This document shows, piece by piece, positions 60,666 to 64,000 of a stretch of 64,000 nt of DNA (its first letter is position 1; every line of letters begins with the position of its first letter). The stretch comes from Promethearchaeota archaeon (GTDB lineage: Archaea > Asgardarchaeota > Lokiarchaeia > Sigyniarchaeales > SOKP01). A program made the position numbers and the translations under genes. The notes beneath the pieces are model-generated. The model was not told the DNA's origin, made no database searches, and saw nothing but the letters and a program-made list of their open reading frames with translations. The DNA lies in the NCBI GenBank assembly GCA_019058365.1, contig JAHPZE010000020.1, positions 13,714 through 77,713 of the forward strand. Direction: 5' to 3'.

Positions 60666-63600
60666 TTATTCCTCACTCTTTCCTAACAAATCTAAAACCT
60701 TTTTCCTTCTCTCTTCTCTTCGCGTTTTGATTCTTTTTCTAAGTTTCTCCATTTCGTCTTCAGTTGGTTCTTCTTTACCTTTAACTAATTCTTTAATTGG
60801 TTTCTTACTGACTTTAGCTTTTAGGTCATTAATTTTTTTATCAATTTCTTTAATGAATTTTTTTCCTATTTTTAGTTCTTTGAGTTGATATTTAGCTTCA
60901 TTTAGTTCAGAAATAACTTTCTTGAATTGACCATTAGCTAATGATACATGAGCTTCATCTAATGCTTTGTATGCAGATTCAAAATTTATATTCTCCAAAT
61001 CATCAAAGGATACATCTACTGTTATTAAAGGAATTTGTGTTTCAGTTTTAATTATATTAATTTGCTCAGTAATTCTCTCAATTTCATTTAATTTTTCTAA
61101 TTTGGTCAATCTTTGGACTTCTTTTCTTAGTATCATAATTCCCTCATTATATCTGAAACTATCGATTAATCTATCTGCCTTATCCAATTTAATAGAGATC
61201 TTTCTATCAAGTTCTTCTTTAGCAAGTTTACGCTTCTCTTCTTTTTTTCTCTTTTCAAGTTCTTTATGTTCTCTCTTTGCTTCTTCCTTTAAAATTGCCA
61301 TTTCTTTTTCTTCTTCTATTTTTTTAATTTTAATATCTTCATAAATCTCAGCTTGTTTTTGTTCCCTTTTAAGTTTGAAAAGAAGTTCATTATTTATTCG
61401 TGAAACTTCTCGTTGCCAAGATACTTTTTCGAATAATTCTCGAGCAGCGATATACTTCTCATACGCCTCAGTGAATTTACCACGATCCATTAATGCTGTG
61501 CCTTCTTCTAAAAGTTCATATGCTTCTTCAGATATTTGTCGTTCCTGTTCTTTTTCGCTCTGAATTTTTAGGAACTCTTTTCTTTTCTCTTCTTGTTGCT
61601 GCTTTTTTATAATTTGCGCCTCAGCTAATTTTTCTTCTAATTTTTCTTCAATAAGTACTTTTTCGGCTTTCCTTTTTTCGATAGCTTCTTGTTCAAGCTC
61701 AAATGCTTTTTTCTTATTAATAATCATTGTAATTGAATCTCGAACCATCTTGATTCCTTCTTGCCATTCTATGTCTGAAAATATTTTTTCACTTTCTTTG
61801 TAAACTTCAATGGCATTTTCAAAATGATTTTGTCTTAATTCACGTTTAGCTTGATCCATTAAACGAAAAGCTTTATCTTTTTGGGTTTCGAATTGGGCGA
61901 CTCGTTCTTTTTTTAAATGTAGAGATTCTTTTCGCTGTTGTAGTAATTTTTCTTGCTCAATTCTCGCTTGTTCTAATAATTTTTGTTGAAGCATTAATTC
62001 TTCTTCTCGTTTTTTAACTTTTTCGGCTTCTAAAGCACGAATATTGTTATCTTTTACTAATTTTTCCTTGTAAAATTTAATAGTCTCGACTAGTTTAGCT
62101 GATTCTTCTTTCCAATCAATTTTTTCAAATTGCTTCCGTGCGTCGCGATAAATTTCAATAATTTTTTCATATGGTGCTTCAAAATCAAAAACACCACCTT
62201 TAATTTTTAGTTCATACTCCTGAGCCATTCTCTCAGCTTTTTGAATCATATTAAAAATTCCCGCTGTAATATCATCAGATTCTTTTTCTTTCTGTTGAAT
62301 TTCTAATAATCTTTTTTGTCTTTCAAGAAAATCTTTATCAATATCAAAATCAGGAGCTACTAATTCAATTTCTGGCTTTTCTAATTTCTTTTGTTCGAGG
62401 ATTCTTAAATTGTCATCCTTTTCTTTTTTATCCTCATAAAATTTAATTGTTTTAGTTAAACGATTAGCTTCATCATTCCACCCAATTTTTTGGAATATTT
62501 CTCGTGCTTGTTCATAATTAGATATTGCTTTTTCATAAGGACTTTCATACACTAAAATTTCTTTTCTAATGTTTAATTCATAACGTTTAACTTCTTTTTC
62601 GGTTTCATCGATAAGATTCATTGCATTGTCTAATAAAACGTCTTCTTCTTTTTCAGTTTCAAGTTCTTCTATTTTTTCTGGTTTAAATGGTTTAACTTCT
62701 TTTTTCCCCGCTTTTTGCAATTCGTCTAGTTCTTTTTCTCTTTGGGCTTTCTGAGCCTCAACCTCGAGTAGATTTTGATGCTTCTCTAATTTCTCTTGAT
62801 AAATTTTAATCTGATTGGCATATACTTCTGCCTGGTCTTTCCATCCCCTCGCATAGATTTTTTCTCGTATTTCTTTATATATTTCTATTATCTTTAGATA
62901 GGGGGTTTGTTCTATTATTTCCCCTTTTTTAATAGCTTTTTTCATAACTGTATCAAATTCTCTTTCAAGTTTCCCTGCTTTGTTAACCTCTTCCGTAATA
63001 TATTTTTGAAATTCTTTTTCTTCTTTTTTTCTATCAATAACTTCTAGTTTTTTATGGTCAACTTCAACATCCTTTTCTACTTTATGCATCTCTTCGATAT
63101 CCTTTTCCCTTTGGATTTTCTGAGCCTCAACCTCGAGTAGATTTTGATGCTTCTCTAATTTCTCTTGATAAATTTTAATCTGATTAGCATATACTTCTGC
63201 CTGGTCTTTCCATCCCCTCGCATAGACTTTTTCTCGTATTTCTTTATATATTTCTATTATATCTAAATAGGGGGTTTGTTCTATTATTTCCCCTTTTTTA
63301 ATAGCTTTTTTCATATCCATTTCATAGTCACGTACTACTTTTTCAGCTTTATTTATCCTATCATTAATATATTCTTCAAAAGCTTCTTCTTCCTTTTGGT
63401 CCTCAATAACTTCTAGTTTTTTATGGTCAACTTCAACTTTCTTTTCTAGTTTATGCATCTCTTCGATATCTTTTTCCCTTTGGACTTTCTGAGCCTCAAC
63501 TTCAAGTAGATTTTGATGCTTCTCTAATTTCTCTTGATAAATTTTAATCTGATTAGCATATACTTCTGCCTGGTCTTTCCATCCCCTCGCATAGACTTTT

Positions 63601-63998
63601 TCTCGTATTTCTTTATATATTTCAATAACGTCTGAATATGGTGTATTCTTTATTATTTCCCCTTTTTTAATAGCCTTTCTCATATCCATTTCATAGTCAC
63701 GTACTACTTTTTCAGCTTTATTTATCCTGTCATTAATATATTTTTCAAAAGCTTCTTCTTCCTTTTGGTCCTCAATAACTTCTAGTTTTTTATGGTCAAC
63801 TTCAACTTTCTTTTCTAGTTTATGCATCTCTTCGATATCTTTTTCCCTTTGGACTTTCTGAGCCTCAACTTCAAGTAGATTTTGATGCTTCTCTAATTTC
63901 TCTTGATAAATTTTAATCTGATTGGCATATACTTCTGCCTGGTCTTTCCATCCCCTCGCATAGACTTTTTCTCGTATTTCTTTATATATTTCAATAAC
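60666..63998 (-). CDS. Giant helical/coiled-coil repeat protein (5' end beyond window)
   Basis: Frame open to the window edge; 123-aa repeats with PY...Y...GW..QA motif. Confidence 0.85.
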   Translation of the reverse strand, partial: VIEIYKEIREKVYARGWKDQAEVYANQIKIYQEKLEKHQNLLEVEAQKVQREKDIEEMHKLEKKVEVDHKKLEVIEDQKEEEAFEKYINDRINKAEKVVRDYEMDMRKAIKKGEIIKNTPYSDVIEIYKEIREKVYARGWKDQAEVYANQIKIYQEKLEKHQNLLEVEAQKVQREKDIEEMHKLEKKVEVDHKKLEVIEDQKEEEAFEEYINDRINKAEKVVRDYEMDMKKAIKKGEIIEQTPYLDIIEIYKEIREKVYARGWKDQAEVYANQIKIYQEKLEKHQNLLEVEAQKIQREKDIEEMHKVEKDVEVDHKKLEVIDRKKEEKEFQKYITEEVNKAGKLEREFDTVMKKAIKKGEIIEQTPYLKIIEIYKEIREKIYARGWKDQAEVYANQIKIYQEKLEKHQNLLEVEAQKAQREKELDELQKAGKKEVKPFKPEKIEELETEKEEDVLLDNAMNLIDETEKEVKRYELNIRKEILVYESPYEKAISNYEQAREIFQKIGWNDEANRLTKTIKFYEDKKEKDDNLRILEQKKLEKPEIELVAPDFDIDKDFLERQKRLLEIQQKEKESDDITAGIFNMIQKAERMAQEYELKIKGGVFDFEAPYEKIIEIYRDARKQFEKIDWKEESAKLVETIKFYKEKLVKDNNIRALEAEKVKKREEELMLQQKLLEQARIEQEKLLQQRKESLHLKKERVAQFETQKDKAFRLMDQAKRELRQNHFENAIEVYKESEKIFSDIEWQEGIKMVRDSITMIINKKKAFELEQEAIEKRKAEKVLIEEKLEEKLAEAQIIKKQQQEEKRKEFLKIQSEKEQERQISEEAYELLEEGTALMDRGKFTEAYEKYIAARELFEKVSWQREVSRINNELLFKLKREQKQAEIYEDIKIKKIEEEKEMAILKEEAKREHKELEKRKKEEKRKLAKEELDRKISIKLDKADRLIDSFRYNEGIMILRKEVQRLTKLEKLNEIERITEQINIIKTETQIPLITVDVSFDDLENINFESAYKALDEAHVSLANGQFKKVISELNEAKYQLKELKIGKKFIKEIDKKINDLKAKVSKKPIKELVKGKEEPTEDEMEKLRKRIKTRREERRKKVLDLLGKSEE

Positions 63999-64000
63999 GT
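62751..64000. repeat. 369-bp near-identical intragenic tandem repeats (more than 3 copies)
   Basis: CTGAGCCTCAAC recurs at 62751, 63120, 63489 and 63858. Confidence 0.95.

Noticed and set aside
62751-64000. Regular repeats as a CRISPR array or mobile element
   Set aside because: The period is 369 bp, in frame and within a coding sequence, with no unique spacers.
1-64000. tRNA or rRNA genes
   Set aside because: No GC-rich structured intergenic segment or cloverleaf seen by eye; a covariance-model scan would be needed to exclude small RNAs.

Overview
AT-rich archaeal chromosomal segment, most likely Lokiarchaeia (Asgard). This assignment is inferred from gene content: TFB, archaeal RFC, ADP-forming acyl-CoA synthetase, AOR, GGR paralogs, SCP2, LRR protein and an archaeosortase with a PGF-type tail substrate. 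The window holds a fatty-acyl-CoA catabolic operon (5.7-12 kb), AOR and pyruvate kinase, a GGR / GT87-like / PGF-tail protein / archaeosortase neighbourhood (22.6-27.3 kb), and a grpE-dnaK-dnaJ-clpB-tfb operon with a hairpin just after its TATA box. It also holds a class II aldolase, a FixCX-like pair divergent from an FAD-oxidase / HdrD-like / SCP2 / CrtC-like cluster, a three-gene RFC operon and the 3' part of a giant protein with 369-bp tandem repeats. The most striking structure is at rfcS: a ~2.8 kb insert bounded by a 16-bp direct repeat lies between an orphan rfcS 5' fragment and a full rfcS with a diverged 5' end. A third, degenerate copy of the junction inside the insert suggests repeated integration. 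Several pseudogenes and small ORFs missed by the ORF track were found. No rRNA, tRNA, CRISPR array, integrase or transposase was recognised.
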